A stretch of DNA of 64,000 bases from an uncultured Chloroflexia bacterium (GTDB taxonomy: Bacteria; Chloroflexota; Limnocylindria; QHBO01), in NCBI GenBank assembly GCA_963811145.1, contig CAWEQC010000001.1, positions 104,144 to 168,143 of the forward strand, read 5' to 3'. A program made the position numbers and the translations under genes. Shown piece by piece: positions 20,169 to 30,456 of this stretch (the first letter of the stretch is position 1; each line of letters opens with the position of its first letter). The notes beneath the pieces were generated by a model. The model saw nothing but the letters and a program-made list of their open reading frames with translations. It was not told the DNA's origin and searched no databases.

Positions 20169-22846
20169 TCGGTCGTTCCGAGGGCGTAGGCAACGGCCTC
20201 GTCGGCGGTCATCGAATCACCGGCCGCCCATGCGTCCGCCAGCGCCGGATCGGCCTTGAGCTCGCCGGGGAAGAAGCCCAGCACCTCGCGGTTCCACTGG
20301 TTGAGGCCCGTCCCGCTGGTGCGCTCGAGCTTCGCGACCGCCGCTGACAGGCGCGCCGCGCGGTCACGGTCGCCCTCGCGGAGGGCCAGCAGGGCCACGG
20401 CGTCCAGGACGAGGGTGTAGCCGCTGACGTCCTGCGCCTCTGCGAAGATCTCGAGCGCACGCAGCAGCCCGCGTCGTGCCTCGACAAGTTGCTCCGGTTT
20501 ACCGCGTGCAACGGCATGCTCGCTGAGCGCCGCGAGCCCGAGGGTGTATTCCACCCAGCCGACCATGAAGCGATCGTCGACCGCCTCGAGGGCGACAAGC
20601 GCCTCCTTGGCGTGTCGCACTGAGTCCTCCAGGCGTCCGGTCCCCCAGGCCACGTTCGACAGTGCCCACTCGCAGCGCCCGACGCCGGCATTGTCGCCGA
20701 CCTCCCGGAAGATGTCCTTTGCCTCGTTGACGTATTCCTGGGCGCGTTGGGCGTTGTCGTCCTTGAGCAGGCCGCGAATCGACCAGGTGAAGGAGATGCC
20801 GTAGAGCGCCTCCGCCAGTCCCCTTCGGTCGTTCAGCGCCCGGCGCGCCTCGATCTCCTGCTGGTAAAGGTCGCGAGCGTGATCTCCGTCCCCGAGCCAG
20901 TAGGCGACGCCGGCCGTGGCGTCGAGCACATCGGCGCGCAGGGCGGGATGGTCCCGACTCTGCGGCAGCGCGAGCGTCTGCTCGAGTCGCTCGAGGCCCT
21001 CCTGCAGGTAGCCGCGCATCTGCCAGAACCGCCACAGGGCGGATCCCAGCCGCATTGCCACGTCTGCCGCGGTCGTCTCGATTGCCCATGCCATGGCCGC
21101 GCGCAGGTTGTCGTGATCCTGCTCGACCCGGTCAAGCGTCAGGCCCTTGTCGGCCGCCATCACTTGCCCGGCCCAGCCTTCGGCAAGCTTCGCGAACAGC
21201 TCCGCGTGCCGCCTGCGCAGGCCGTCGCGGCTACCGCGAGCGGTGCTCTGCTCGAGTGCGAACTCGCGGATGGTTTCGAGCATCCCGAATCGCGGCTCGC
21301 CGCCGATTCCCTCCGACTGCCGGACGAGGCTCTTCTCGACCAGCGATCCGAGCGCGTCGAGCACGTCGCCCGTCACCTCGGCGCCACAGACGTCCTCGAT
21401 GGCCTCCAACCCGGCTCCGCCGACGAACACCGACAGGCAGGCGAACAGCGACCTGTCGGCCTCATCGAGCATGTCGTGGCTCCAGGCGATGGCCCCACGC
21501 AGCGTCTGCTGGCGTTCGGGAAGGTCGTGCGCGCCGCCGGCGAGCAGTCCGAGGCGGTTCTCGAGCCTGCTCAGCATCGACTGCGGCGTGAAGATCCGAA
21601 TCCGCGCCGCCGCCAGCTCGATGGCCAGCGGCAGCCCATCGAGGCGGACGCAGATCTCGGCCACCGCCGGTGCGTTGTCGTTGGTGACGTCGAAGTCCGG
21701 CTTCACCGATCGCGCTCGCTCGATGAACAGCGCCACCGACTCGAACTGCGACAGCTGTGTCAGCGGTGGGAGGTGCGCCGGATCCGGCAGCCCAAGTGGC
21801 GGAACCGGGTACTCCTGCTCACCCGAGACCCGGAGGACGCTCCGGCTGCTCGTCATGACCGCGAGGTTCTCGCACCCCAGCAGGAGCGCATTGACCGACG
21901 GCGCCGCCGCGGTCACCTGCTCGAAGTTGTCCAGCACGAGCAGCATGCGCCGCTCGCCGATGTGGTCGATCAAGCGCTCGACCGAGCTCCGCCCGGCGCG
22001 GTTGGGAAGGCCCAGCGCCTGGCCGATGGTGGCCGCCACGAGCTCCGGTTCGGTGATCGGCGCCAGCTCGACGAAGAAGACTCCGTCGGGGAACTGCTCC
22101 AGGGAGCGCCCCGCCACCTCCAGGCTGAGCCGCGTCTTGCCAGTCCCGCCCGGGCCGGTGAGGGTGAGGAGCCGGCTCTCGGCCAGGCGTGCGGAGATCT
22201 CCGCGATCTCTCGGGCGCGGCCGAGGAAGGTCGTCAACCGCGTCGGCAGGTTGTTCGGCACCACGTCGAGCGACGCGATCGGCGCGAAGTCGCTCTGCAG
22301 GTCGGGGGCGACGACCTGCCAGAGCCGCTCGGGTCGGTCGAGATCCTTGAGCCGATGGACTCCGAGGTCGCGAAGCTCGACACCCTCGGGAAGCGCCTCG
22401 GAAACGAGCGAGCGAGTGGTGTCCGACAGGAGGATCTGGCCGCCGCGTCCGACGCTCGCGATGCGGCTGGCACGATGCACGTGCAGGCCCACGTAGCCCT
22501 CCGTGCCGAAGCTCGCTTCACCGGTGTGCATGCCCATCCGGACGCGAACCTCGGCGTCGTCCGGCCACGGCTCGCGCGCCAGCGCGCGCTGTGCCGCCAG
22601 CGCGGCCGCGACAGCGCCGGGCGCCGTGGGGAAGGCCACGAAGAACGAATCGCCCTCGGTCCCGACCTCCGCACCCCCCTCGGCCGCAAAAGCCGTCCGC
22701 AGCAGCTCCTGGTGACGCGCGAGCATCGCGGACCAGCCCTCGCGGTCCGACTGGAGGAGCCTGGTCGACCCCTCGATGTCGGTGAACAGGAAGGTGACGG
22801 TACCGGTCAGCAGCTCGGGCATCTTCGGGCTGAGTGTGCGATGCAT
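20165..22846 (-). CDS. class III adenylate/guanylate cyclase fused to STAND/NB-ARC-like P-loop ATPase and TPR repeats
   Basis: Start set at MHRTLSPKMPELLTGTVTFLFTDIEGST. Cyclase motifs are GDSFFVAF and RVRMGMHTGE, with P-loop LTGPGGTGKTRLSLEVA. The long helical-repeat C-terminus has no HTH. Confidence 0.85.
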   Translation of the reverse strand: MHRTLSPKMPELLTGTVTFLFTDIEGSTRLLQSDREGWSAMLARHQELLRTAFAAEGGAEVGTEGDSFFVAFPTAPGAVAAALAAQRALAREPWPDDAEVRVRMGMHTGEASFGTEGYVGLHVHRASRIASVGRGGQILLSDTTRSLVSEALPEGVELRDLGVHRLKDLDRPERLWQVVAPDLQSDFAPIASLDVVPNNLPTRLTTFLGRAREIAEISARLAESRLLTLTGPGGTGKTRLSLEVAGRSLEQFPDGVFFVELAPITEPELVAATIGQALGLPNRAGRSSVERLIDHIGERRMLLVLDNFEQVTAAAPSVNALLLGCENLAVMTSSRSVLRVSGEQEYPVPPLGLPDPAHLPPLTQLSQFESVALFIERARSVKPDFDVTNDNAPAVAEICVRLDGLPLAIELAAARIRIFTPQSMLSRLENRLGLLAGGAHDLPERQQTLRGAIAWSHDMLDEADRSLFACLSVFVGGAGLEAIEDVCGAEVTGDVLDALGSLVEKSLVRQSEGIGGEPRFGMLETIREFALEQSTARGSRDGLRRRHAELFAKLAEGWAGQVMAADKGLTLDRVEQDHDNLRAAMAWAIETTAADVAMRLGSALWRFWQMRGYLQEGLERLEQTLALPQSRDHPALRADVLDATAGVAYWLGDGDHARDLYQQEIEARRALNDRRGLAEALYGISFTWSIRGLLKDDNAQRAQEYVNEAKDIFREVGDNAGVGRCEWALSNVAWGTGRLEDSVRHAKEALVALEAVDDRFMVGWVEYTLGLAALSEHAVARGKPEQLVEARRGLLRALEIFAEAQDVSGYTLVLDAVALLALREGDRDRAARLSAAVAKLERTSGTGLNQWNREVLGFFPGELKADPALADAWAAGDSMTADEAVAYALGTTD

Positions 22847-22891
22847 GAGCCGTCCGGCACAAGACCCCAGCGCCTCGGCTAGGCTTCGCCG

Positions 22892-23815
22892 GTGCGCGCG
22901 CTGTTCCGCCTCCTCGCCCGGCGTCCGGTCCTGACTGCCGTCCTCGGCGCCCTGACGATTGCCGGCTCGGCCGTGCTTGTCTCGCTGGCCGACGTGCCGC
23001 CGGCTACCGCCGCCTTCTTCCGTTGTGCGTACGCCCTCCCACCGCTGGCGGTCCTCGCCTGGTTCGAGCGGCGGCGCTACGGTCCCAGGGCGGCGGGTCA
23101 GTCCCGCCTGGCGTGGATCGCCGGGGCGTTCTTCGCGGCGGATCTGATCCTGTGGCACCACGCCATCAGCCAGGTCGGAGCCGGCCTGGCCACGGTGCTC
23201 GGCAACACGCAGGTCGTGGTCGTGCCGCTCGCCGCCTGGCTCTTCCTCGGGGAGCGGCCGTCAGGGCGCGTGGCGGTCTCGGTCCCGCTCGTCCTGATGG
23301 GGGTCGTGCTGATCTCGGGAGTCATCGGCGCGGGCGCCTACGGCGCGAATCCGCTGCTCGGCGTCATCTTCGGGCTGGCCACCGGCCTCGCGTACGGCGG
23401 CTTCATCCTGATCCAGCGCGGTGCGAACGCCGACGTCCGTCGCCCCGCCGGGCCGCTGTTCGAGGCGACCGTCTCGGCTGCGGTGGTGACCCTTCTGGTT
23501 GGACTCCCGCTCGGGGAGATCGACCTCGTGCCGACCTGGCCCTCGCACCTGTGGCTCCTGATCCTGGCGCTCGGCGTCCACGTTGTCGGTTGGCTCCTGA
23601 TCAGCATCAGCCTGCCGCGGCTGCCGGCGGCGATCACCTCGGTGGTGCTCACCATCCAGCCGGTGGCATCGGTCTTCCTCGGAGTCTGGATCCTGTCGGA
23701 GGCGCCGTCGCCGCTGCAGCTGCTCGGCGTCGTCTTCATCCTGGCCGGACTGCTCCTGGCCACCGTCCGGATTCGCGTTCCGCGCGCGCGGCGGGTTCGG
23801 CTGGGCGCCGGATAG
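22892..23815 (+). CDS. DMT-superfamily (EamA) transporter
   Basis: 307 aa, 10 TM, two EamA-like halves. Divergent from the cyclase gene with a 45-bp spacer. Confidence 0.85.
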   Translation: MRALFRLLARRPVLTAVLGALTIAGSAVLVSLADVPPATAAFFRCAYALPPLAVLAWFERRRYGPRAAGQSRLAWIAGAFFAADLILWHHAISQVGAGLATVLGNTQVVVVPLAAWLFLGERPSGRVAVSVPLVLMGVVLISGVIGAGAYGANPLLGVIFGLATGLAYGGFILIQRGANADVRRPAGPLFEATVSAAVVTLLVGLPLGEIDLVPTWPSHLWLLILALGVHVVGWLLISISLPRLPAAITSVVLTIQPVASVFLGVWILSEAPSPLQLLGVVFILAGLLLATVRIRVPRARRVRLGAG

Positions 23816-23819
23816 GAGA

Positions 23820-25149
23820 TCAGGGAGCGTCGACCGGTAGGACAACGATGAAGCGGGTGCCCTCCGGTCCCGTCTCGACGTCGATCCTGCCCCCGTGCCG
23901 GATCACCACGTTGTGCGAGATGTGGAGGCCCAGCCCGGTGCCCTTGCCGGGCGGCTTGGTGGTGTAGAACGGCTCGAACAGCCGGTCCCTCACCTCGGCC
24001 GGAATGCCGGTGCCGGTGTCGCAGATCGACACGCGCACGCCGTCCCCGTCCGGGTCGCGCTCGGCCCGCAGCGTGAGGGTGCCGCCGCTCATCCATGGCG
24101 TCGATGGCGTTGTCGACCAGGTTCGTCCAGACCTGGTTCAGCTCGGAGCCATACACCTCGATCTCCGGCAGATCGTCGGCCAGCTCCTTCACCACCGTGA
24201 TCCCAGCCTCGTTGAGCCGATGGCGGAGGATGACGAGCGTCTGCTCGAGGCCGATGCGCACGTCGACGCGCTGACGAGGCGCCTGGTCCAGGTAGGCATA
24301 GCCCTTGACGGCGGTCACGATCTCGCTGATCCGATCGACCGACATGGTGAGCTCCTCCAGGAGCTGGTGCACGGCTGCCTGCGCCGCCAGCCATCTCACG
24401 ACTTCCGGCGGCTGGTCGCGCAGGAGGTCCGGCCTCCAGCCGGCGTCGATGAGCGCGGAAGCAGCATCGGGTCCGTCAGTCAGTCCGGCGACCTCGTCGA
24501 TCATGTCGGCTCGCTCCAGCGCCGAGCGCGGGGGCGCGGCATCGGGCGGCGGCTGCGGCGGCGATGCCGGTCGGGGCAATGCATCGAGGGCCGCCATCGC
24601 ATCACGGAGGGCGCGCGCGGAGCGGGCCGCGGCGGCGGCGGGATTGTTGAGCTCGTGTGCCACGCCGGCGACGAGCGTGCCGAGGGCGGCCAGCTTCTCG
24701 CGCTCGCGGAGCGTCGCCTCCATCGATCGGAGGCGCCCGACGGCGGTCCGAATGACGGACAGCGCCACGTCGGGCCCGGCGGTCAGCAGCTCGCGCATGG
24801 CGTCGATCGGGATGCGCAGGGCCTCACCCTCGGTCACCGCGCTGACGGACGCGAGGCGACGGCCTCCCCCGAGCGCCGCGATCTCTCCCTGGAGCGCTCC
24901 CGGGCCGACGCGTGACAGCGGAATCTCGGCCTTCCCGGACCGCTTGGTGACCTCGAACTCGCCATCAAGGATCACGTAGAGCGCGTCGGCCTCGTCGCCC
25001 TCGTCGATGAGCCGGTCGCCGGGCGCCAGGTCCACGATCTCGCCGCGCTCGATCAGCCTCCCCAGCCGCTCGTCGTCCAGCCCTTCGAAGAGAGGCGTCG
25101 CGCGCAGGCGCTCCGCCACGTCGGAGGTCGGGAGGTGCTGATGCGTCAC
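23820..25149 (-). pseudogene. sensor histidine kinase with N-terminal cyclic-nucleotide-binding domain; one frameshift in the ATPase domain
   Basis: GTG 25149 overlaps the upstream stop (GTGA). The cNMP domain is LFEGLDDERL...GEIAALGGGRRLASV and the H-box is VAHELNNP. N-box [10 protein letters not shown] is in one frame and [11 protein letters not shown]...DTGTGIP...GTGLGL in the +1 frame, with the junction near 24093. Confidence 0.8.
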
Positions 25150-26796
25150 AGCTCGGCCATGTACTCGTGGACGAGCTGCACCGCCATGGCGCCCTCCCCC
25201 ACCGCGCTGGCGATGCGCTTGATCGACCGATGGCGCACGTCGCCGGCGGCGAAGACGCCGGGAAGGCTGGACTCCAGCAGCCTCGGCTCGCGGTCGAGGT
25301 TCCAGCCGTGCCCTTCGGCGACGTCTGTCCCGGTCAGCACGAAGCCGCGGGCGTCGCAGGCGGCAACTCCCTCCAGCCACGCGGTCCGCGGCTGCTGGCC
25401 GATGAACACGAACACGGCGCTGAGGGGAAGGTCCAGCTCTCCATCCGGCGTGTCGAAGACGGCTCGTTCGAGGTGATCGGCGCCGTGCAGCTCGCGAATG
25501 GAGCACAGCGTGTGCAGCTCGACGTTCTCGATCTCGCCGATCTGCTCGATCAGGTAGGCGCTCATGGTCGCCTCGAGACCGGGGCCCCGCACCAGCAGGT
25601 GCACGCGCGCGGCATAACGCGACAGGTGGACCGCCGCCTGGCCGGCCGAGTTCCCACCGCCGATGACGCCCACCACGGCGTCGCGGTAGAGGACTGCCTC
25701 CGTCGTGGCCGCGCCGTAGTAGACGCCGGCCCCGGCCAGCTCCTTCGCGCCGGGAACGTCCAGCTGCCGATAGCTCACCCCGGTGGCGATCACGACCGCC
25801 TGGCAGGAGAGCTCGGTGCCGTCGTCGAGCACCACGGTGCGATACGGATCGCCACGCCGGATGGTCGAAGCCTCCTGCGACGAGACGATCTCGGTGCCGA
25901 AGCGCCGCGCCTGCGCGAGGGCACGGCGCGCCAGGTCGGCGCCGGTCAGGCCCGACGGGAAGCCGAGGTAGTTCTCGATACGGCTGGTGGTGCCGGCCTG
26001 CCCGCCCGGCGCCTCGCGCTCGATCAGCAGGGTCTTGAGGCCCTTCGCTCGAGCCGTAGACGGCGGCGGCGAGCCCGGCCGGCCCGGCTCCGACGATGAC
26101 GAGGTCGTAGAACGGGAGGGCCGCATGGGTGGAGAGCCCGACAGCCTCGGCCAGCTCCCGCACGGTCGGGTTGACGAGCACCCGTCCGTCGGGCAGGAGG
26201 ATGACCGGCTCGGACGGGTCAGCGGGAGCGTCGAGCGACTCAGCCAGGCGCCGGCCGTCGCCATCGTCATCGGCGTCCAGCCAGGTGTACGGCACCTGGT
26301 TGCGCGTCAGAAAGTCGCGGAGCTCGTGTCCTCGGGGAGCCCATCGGCCCGCCAGGAGGCGCAGTCCCTCGAAGGGCGGTCGGAATGCGGCGGTCCAGTC
26401 GGTGAGCAGGTCGTCGAGGACCGGGTACAGCCGCTCCTCCGGTGGGTCCCACGGCTTCAGCAGGTACTGGTCGAGGCGAATCTCGTTGATCGCCCGGATC
26501 GCGATGTCCGTGTCGGCGTAGGCGGTCAGCAGGACGCGCTTGGCATCGGGCTGGAGCGGAAGCGCCTCGGCGAGGAATTCGATCCCGGTCATCCCCGGCA
26601 TGCGCTGGTCGACCACGAAGAGGGCGATCGGATCGCCGCGCCTGGTCAGCTCGCGCACGATCTCGAGCGCCTCGGCACCCGAGCCGGCGGCGAGGATGCG
26701 GTAGTCGGAGCCGTACCGGGCGCGCAGGTCGCGCTCGACCGCCCGGAGGACCAGGGCGTCGTCGTCTACCGCCAGCATCGCAGGCTTTGCCGCCAT
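25146..26796 (-). pseudogene. response-regulator receiver domain fused to thioredoxin-reductase-like FAD/NAD(P) oxidoreductase (no CxxC); one frameshift
   Basis: REC domain (MLAVDDD..., FVVDQRMPGMTG, LLKPW) and a linker precede DLVIVGAGPAGLAAAVYGSSEG. After an extra base in the run at 26041-26043 the sequence continues LKTLLIE...VIGGGNSAGQAA...GVFAAGDV. The canonical CATC position reads YYGAATTEA. Confidence 0.8.
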
Positions 26797-26848
26797 TTGC
26801 GGCGAGTGTAGGGCCACCGCGCGCACTCGGACCGGCTACGCTCACCGA

Positions 26849-26995
26849 GTGCTGCGCACCATCATCATCGTCCTGCTGCTGCTGTGGCTCCTCGGCTTCC
26901 TGCTGAGGGCATTCGGCGGCCTGATCCACCTCCTGCTGATCGTGGTGCTTGTGATCGTCATCTATCGGCTCGCCACCGGTCGCCGCGTCGTCTAG
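26849..26995 (+). CDS. small hydrophobic membrane protein (48 aa, lmo0937-like)
   Basis: GTG..TAG ORF below the ORF-track cutoff: VLRTIIIVLLLLWLLGFLLRAFGGLIHLLLIVVLVIVIYRLATGRRVV. The pattern resembles the widespread tiny two-helix family, from memory. High GC3. Confidence 0.6.
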   Translation: MLRTIIIVLLLLWLLGFLLRAFGGLIHLLLIVVLVIVIYRLATGRRVV

Positions 26996-26999
26996 GCCG

Positions 27000-28159
27000 A
27001 TGCTCCTGAGCGGCACCGGCCGCCTGGCGCCGGCAGGTCTGTCGCCTTGGGCGATGCTGGTGCGCGACGGGCGCGTCGCGTGGATCGGCTCGCCGGCCGA
27101 TGCGCCGAAGGCCGAGCGGATCGACCTCGGGTCGGCACTGGTGACCCCCGGGCTGGTCGACAGCCACACCCACCCCGTCTTCGCCGGGGACCGATCCGAC
27201 GAGGCGGCTGCCCGCCTGGAGGGCGCGCCCTATACCGATGGCGGCATCCTGCGCACCGTCCGCGCCACGCGCGAGGCGGATGACGCGACGCTCGAAGGGC
27301 TCGTCGAGATGCGCCTGCGCGCTGCGCTGGCCGCAGGAACCACGACGGTCGAATGCAAGTCCGGCTACGGCCTCTCGCTCGACGAGGAGCTCCGTCACCT
27401 GCGGATCATCGGCCGGGTGGCGGATCGTCTCCCGATCAGGGTGGTCCGCACCTTCCTCGGCGCGCACGCGGTGCCGCCGGACGCCGCCTCGATGGACGAC
27501 TACGCGGCCGAGGTCGCGGACGTGATGATCCCGGCCGTCGCGCGCGAGGGCCTCGCCGAGTTCGTCGACGTCTTCGTTGACGAGGGCTTCTTCGACCTGG
27601 TCGCCGCCGAGCGCATCGGTCGGGCCGCATCCGCGGCAGGCCTCGGGCTGCGGCTCCACGCGGAGCAGCTGCGGCGGACCGGCGCGGCGGAGCTCGGTGT
27701 CCGGCTCGGCGCCGCCTCGGTCGACCACCTCGAGCAGCTCGACGCCGATGGCGTGAAGGCGCTGGCGGCGTCGGACACGGTCGCGACCCTGCTCCCCGCT
27801 CCGGCGATCGTGCTCCGCGATCGCCTGCCGCCGGCCCGCGCGCTCATGGACAGCGGCGCCGGGTCGCCCTCGCCAGCGACGCGAACGCGGGCACCTTCGG
27901 TGGCTTCGGAGCCATGCCGCTGGTGATCGGCCTCGGCGCGACGCTGCTCGGGCTGTCGGTCGCCGAGGCGCTCAACGCATCGACCGCGGGAGGCGCGGCC
28001 GCGCTACGACGCGACGACCTCGGGACGCTGCGACCCGGTGCGGCCGCCGATCTCGTCGCGTGGGACGCGGAGCACGAAGGCGCCTTCGCCCTGCGGCTCG
28101 GATCGGTCAGGCCGTCCCGGGTCTGGATCGCGGGCCAGGAGATCGCCCTCAGCGGTTGA
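27000..28159 (+). pseudogene. hutI: imidazolonepropionase-like amidohydrolase; one frameshift (1-nt deletion)
   Basis: DSHTHPVFAG, VECKSGYGL, FLGAHAVP and HAEQL..DHLE are present. The frame breaks at about 27860 (ALMDSGA | RVALASDANAGTFGGFGAMPLVIG...). No hutH/hutU nearby, so the exact specificity is uncertain. Confidence 0.7.
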
Positions 28160-28389
28160 GGCGGTTCCGCAGTGCCTCGACGAGTCGCTCGGCGTGCGCC
28201 GGTGTCGTCACGCGCCAGCTCCTGGAAGAGCTGCTTCGCCTCTCCATCGGCGTCCTCTTCGTACTTCGCGTACGCCTCGATCGCCTCGCACTTGCTGGTG
28301 AGCGCCTGGAGCAGGTCGTAGAGCTGGTCGTCGATCGGCGACCGGATGTCGCTGCCGGACCGATAGTGGTGGCTGGTCTGAACGGTCAT
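28149..28389 (-). pseudogene. small helical protein (about 79 aa), hypothetical; one frameshift
   Basis: MTVQTSHHYRSGSDIRSPIDDQLYDLLQALTSKCEAIEAYAKYEEDADGEAKQLFQELARDDT continues as AHAERLVEALRNRLNR* after an extra base near 28200. The uncorrected ORF runs antisense through hutI. Confidence 0.5.
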
Positions 28390-28472
28390 GTTGAAATCTT
28401 CCCTTGCGTGTGATTTGCTGATCGAGACAGACGCAGGTCGCGTGCCAGCCGGCGCCGCCTATCATCCCGGAC

Positions 28473-29825
28473 ATGGAACGATTCGACCTGGTCGTCATCG
28501 GTGCGGGCGTCGCCGGCGAAGCTGCAACGCACTACGCCCGCTCGAAGGGAGCCTCGGTCGCCGTCATCGACCGCGCGCTGTTCGGCGGATCGTGCCCGTT
28601 CTGGGCGTGCATGCCCTCGAAGGCGCTCCTCCATGCCGCCGCGGTCCATCATGCCGGCGGCGACTATCCGTGGAAGAAGGCCTCCGACTTCCGTGACTAC
28701 ATGATCAACCGCACGAAGACCGACGTTCCCGACGACTCGGGGCACGTGAAGTCGCTCGAGGATGCGGGCGCCACCGTCATTCGCGGGTCCGCGACCCTGG
28801 CGGGGCCGGGGCGCGTCGACATCGATGGGAGGGAGCTCGAGGCAGGTGCCATCATCCTCGCCATCGGCTCGGTGAGCCGCGTTCCTGACCTTCCCGGGCC
28901 TCGCCGAAGCGCACCCATGGACCAACGTCCAGGGCACCTCCACCCGCGAGCTGCCGCGCTCGCTGGCCATCCTCGGCGCGGGGCCGACCGGGGTCGAGCT
29001 TGCCCAGGTCTACGCGCGATACGACGTGCCGGTCACGTTGATCCATCCCCGCGACCGCGTGCACGACAAGGAGCACCGTCTGCTCGTCGGAGTTCCTGGG
29101 CGCCTCGCTCGAGCGCGATGGCGTGACGCTGCGGCTCAATTCGCGGGCGGCCAGCGTTCGCCCCGGGGAGGGCGAGGACGGCGCGCACGTCATCGAGATC
29201 GAGGATGGCCCGCCGGTCGAAGGGCACGAGATCCTGCTCGCCATCGGTCGTGACCTGCCGCTCGACGGGCTCGGCCTCGAGACCATCGGCGTGACGCCAA
29301 CGGACGGGAAGCTGTCGCCGGATGACCGCCTCCGCATCGCGGAGAACGTCTATGCCGTGGGCGACGCCGGCGGCCCCGAGCTGCACACCCACCTCGGGCA
29401 CTACACGGGGGAGGCGGCGGCGCGCATCGCCCTCGGCGACGACGCCTACCGGCCGGCTCTTCGACGCGATCCCGCGCGCGACGTACACCGACCCCGAAAC
29501 GGCCTCGGTCGGCCTGCTGCTGGAGCAGGCAAGGGAGCGCGGCATCGACGCGGTCGAGTTCACGGAGCCGATCGGCACGTCGGCCAAGGGATACACGGCG
29601 GAGGCCGACGGCCACTGCACGATCGTGGTCGACCGCGCGAAACGCCAGCTGATTGGCGCCTTCATGGCCGGACCGGCGGTCAGCGAGACGATCCACGAGT
29701 GCGTCCTTGCCATCAGAGCGGGCATTTCGCTCGCCACGCTGGCCGACACCATCCACGCCTTCCCGACCGTCGCTCGCGTCCTCGGTACGGCGCTGATCGC
29801 CGCGGATCGCGAGCTCGGGGCGTAG
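28473..29825 (+). pseudogene. class-I pyridine nucleotide-disulfide oxidoreductase (dihydrolipoamide dehydrogenase / mercuric reductase-like); three frameshifts
   Basis: DLVVIGAGVAGEAA, redox motif GGSCPFWACMPSK, AILGAGPTGVELAQ, VYAVGDAGG, dimerisation domain ATYTDPETASVGL. The frame changes near 28898, 29086 and 29455, each consistent with a 1-nt insertion. Confidence 0.8.
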
Positions 29826-29857
29826 AAGCGGGCCGATTGCGCTCTCCGGCTACGATC

Positions 29858-30415
29858 ATGGCCGTGAGCAATTTCATCGGCGAGGCGACCGACCTGCTGC
29901 GGCGAACCCCGGAGCTGCTGCGGACGATGCTGGCCGGCCTGCCGGAGTCCTGGACCGATACGACCGATGTCCCCGAGAACGGCTGGCGGCCGCACGACGT
30001 CGTCGGCCACCTGATCACCGGAGAGCTGACCGACTGGATCGATCGGACGCAGCGGATCCTCGAGCACGGCACCGAGCTGCCGTTCGAGAAGTTCGATCGG
30101 TTTGCCCACGCCGATCGCGATGCCGAAGCGACGCTCGACGAGCTGGTGGACCACTTCGCGCGGCTGCGCGCCGAGAACCTTGCGCGGCTCGAGGAGATGG
30201 TCAAGGAGGAGGACCTCGACCGACGCGGGCTGCATCCGTCGCTCGGCGAGGTGACCCTCCGGGAGCTGCTGGCCACGTGGGCGGTCCACGACCTCGACCA
30301 CGTGTCGCAGATCTTCGCCGGCATGGCCGGCTCACATGACGCCGAGGTCGGCCCGTGGAAGGCGTACCTCGGCATCCTGCTTCGTCGCGACGACCCGGCC
30401 GCCGTCGCGGGCTAG
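29858..30415 (+). CDS. DinB-family (DinB_2) metal-dependent protein
   Basis: Start at MAVSNFIGEA. Four-helix-bundle His triad context: HDVVGHL..., WAVHDLDHVSQI. Confidence 0.8.
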   Translation: MAVSNFIGEATDLLRRTPELLRTMLAGLPESWTDTTDVPENGWRPHDVVGHLITGELTDWIDRTQRILEHGTELPFEKFDRFAHADRDAEATLDELVDHFARLRAENLARLEEMVKEEDLDRRGLHPSLGEVTLRELLATWAVHDLDHVSQIFAGMAGSHDAEVGPWKAYLGILLRRDDPAAVAG

Positions 30416-30456
30416 CCTCAGCCGACACCGCGCGCGTAGTGGTGATCGTGCGTCGG

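Noticed and set aside
23338-26826. 1162-aa ORF that looks like one giant protein
   Set aside because: It is a composite. It is genuinely coding for the REC domain and for the cNMP/HisKA part. It passes out of frame through the TrxR-like domain and the ATPase domain, and then runs antisense into the EamA gene. Motif order shows two GTGA-coupled genes, each with one frameshift.
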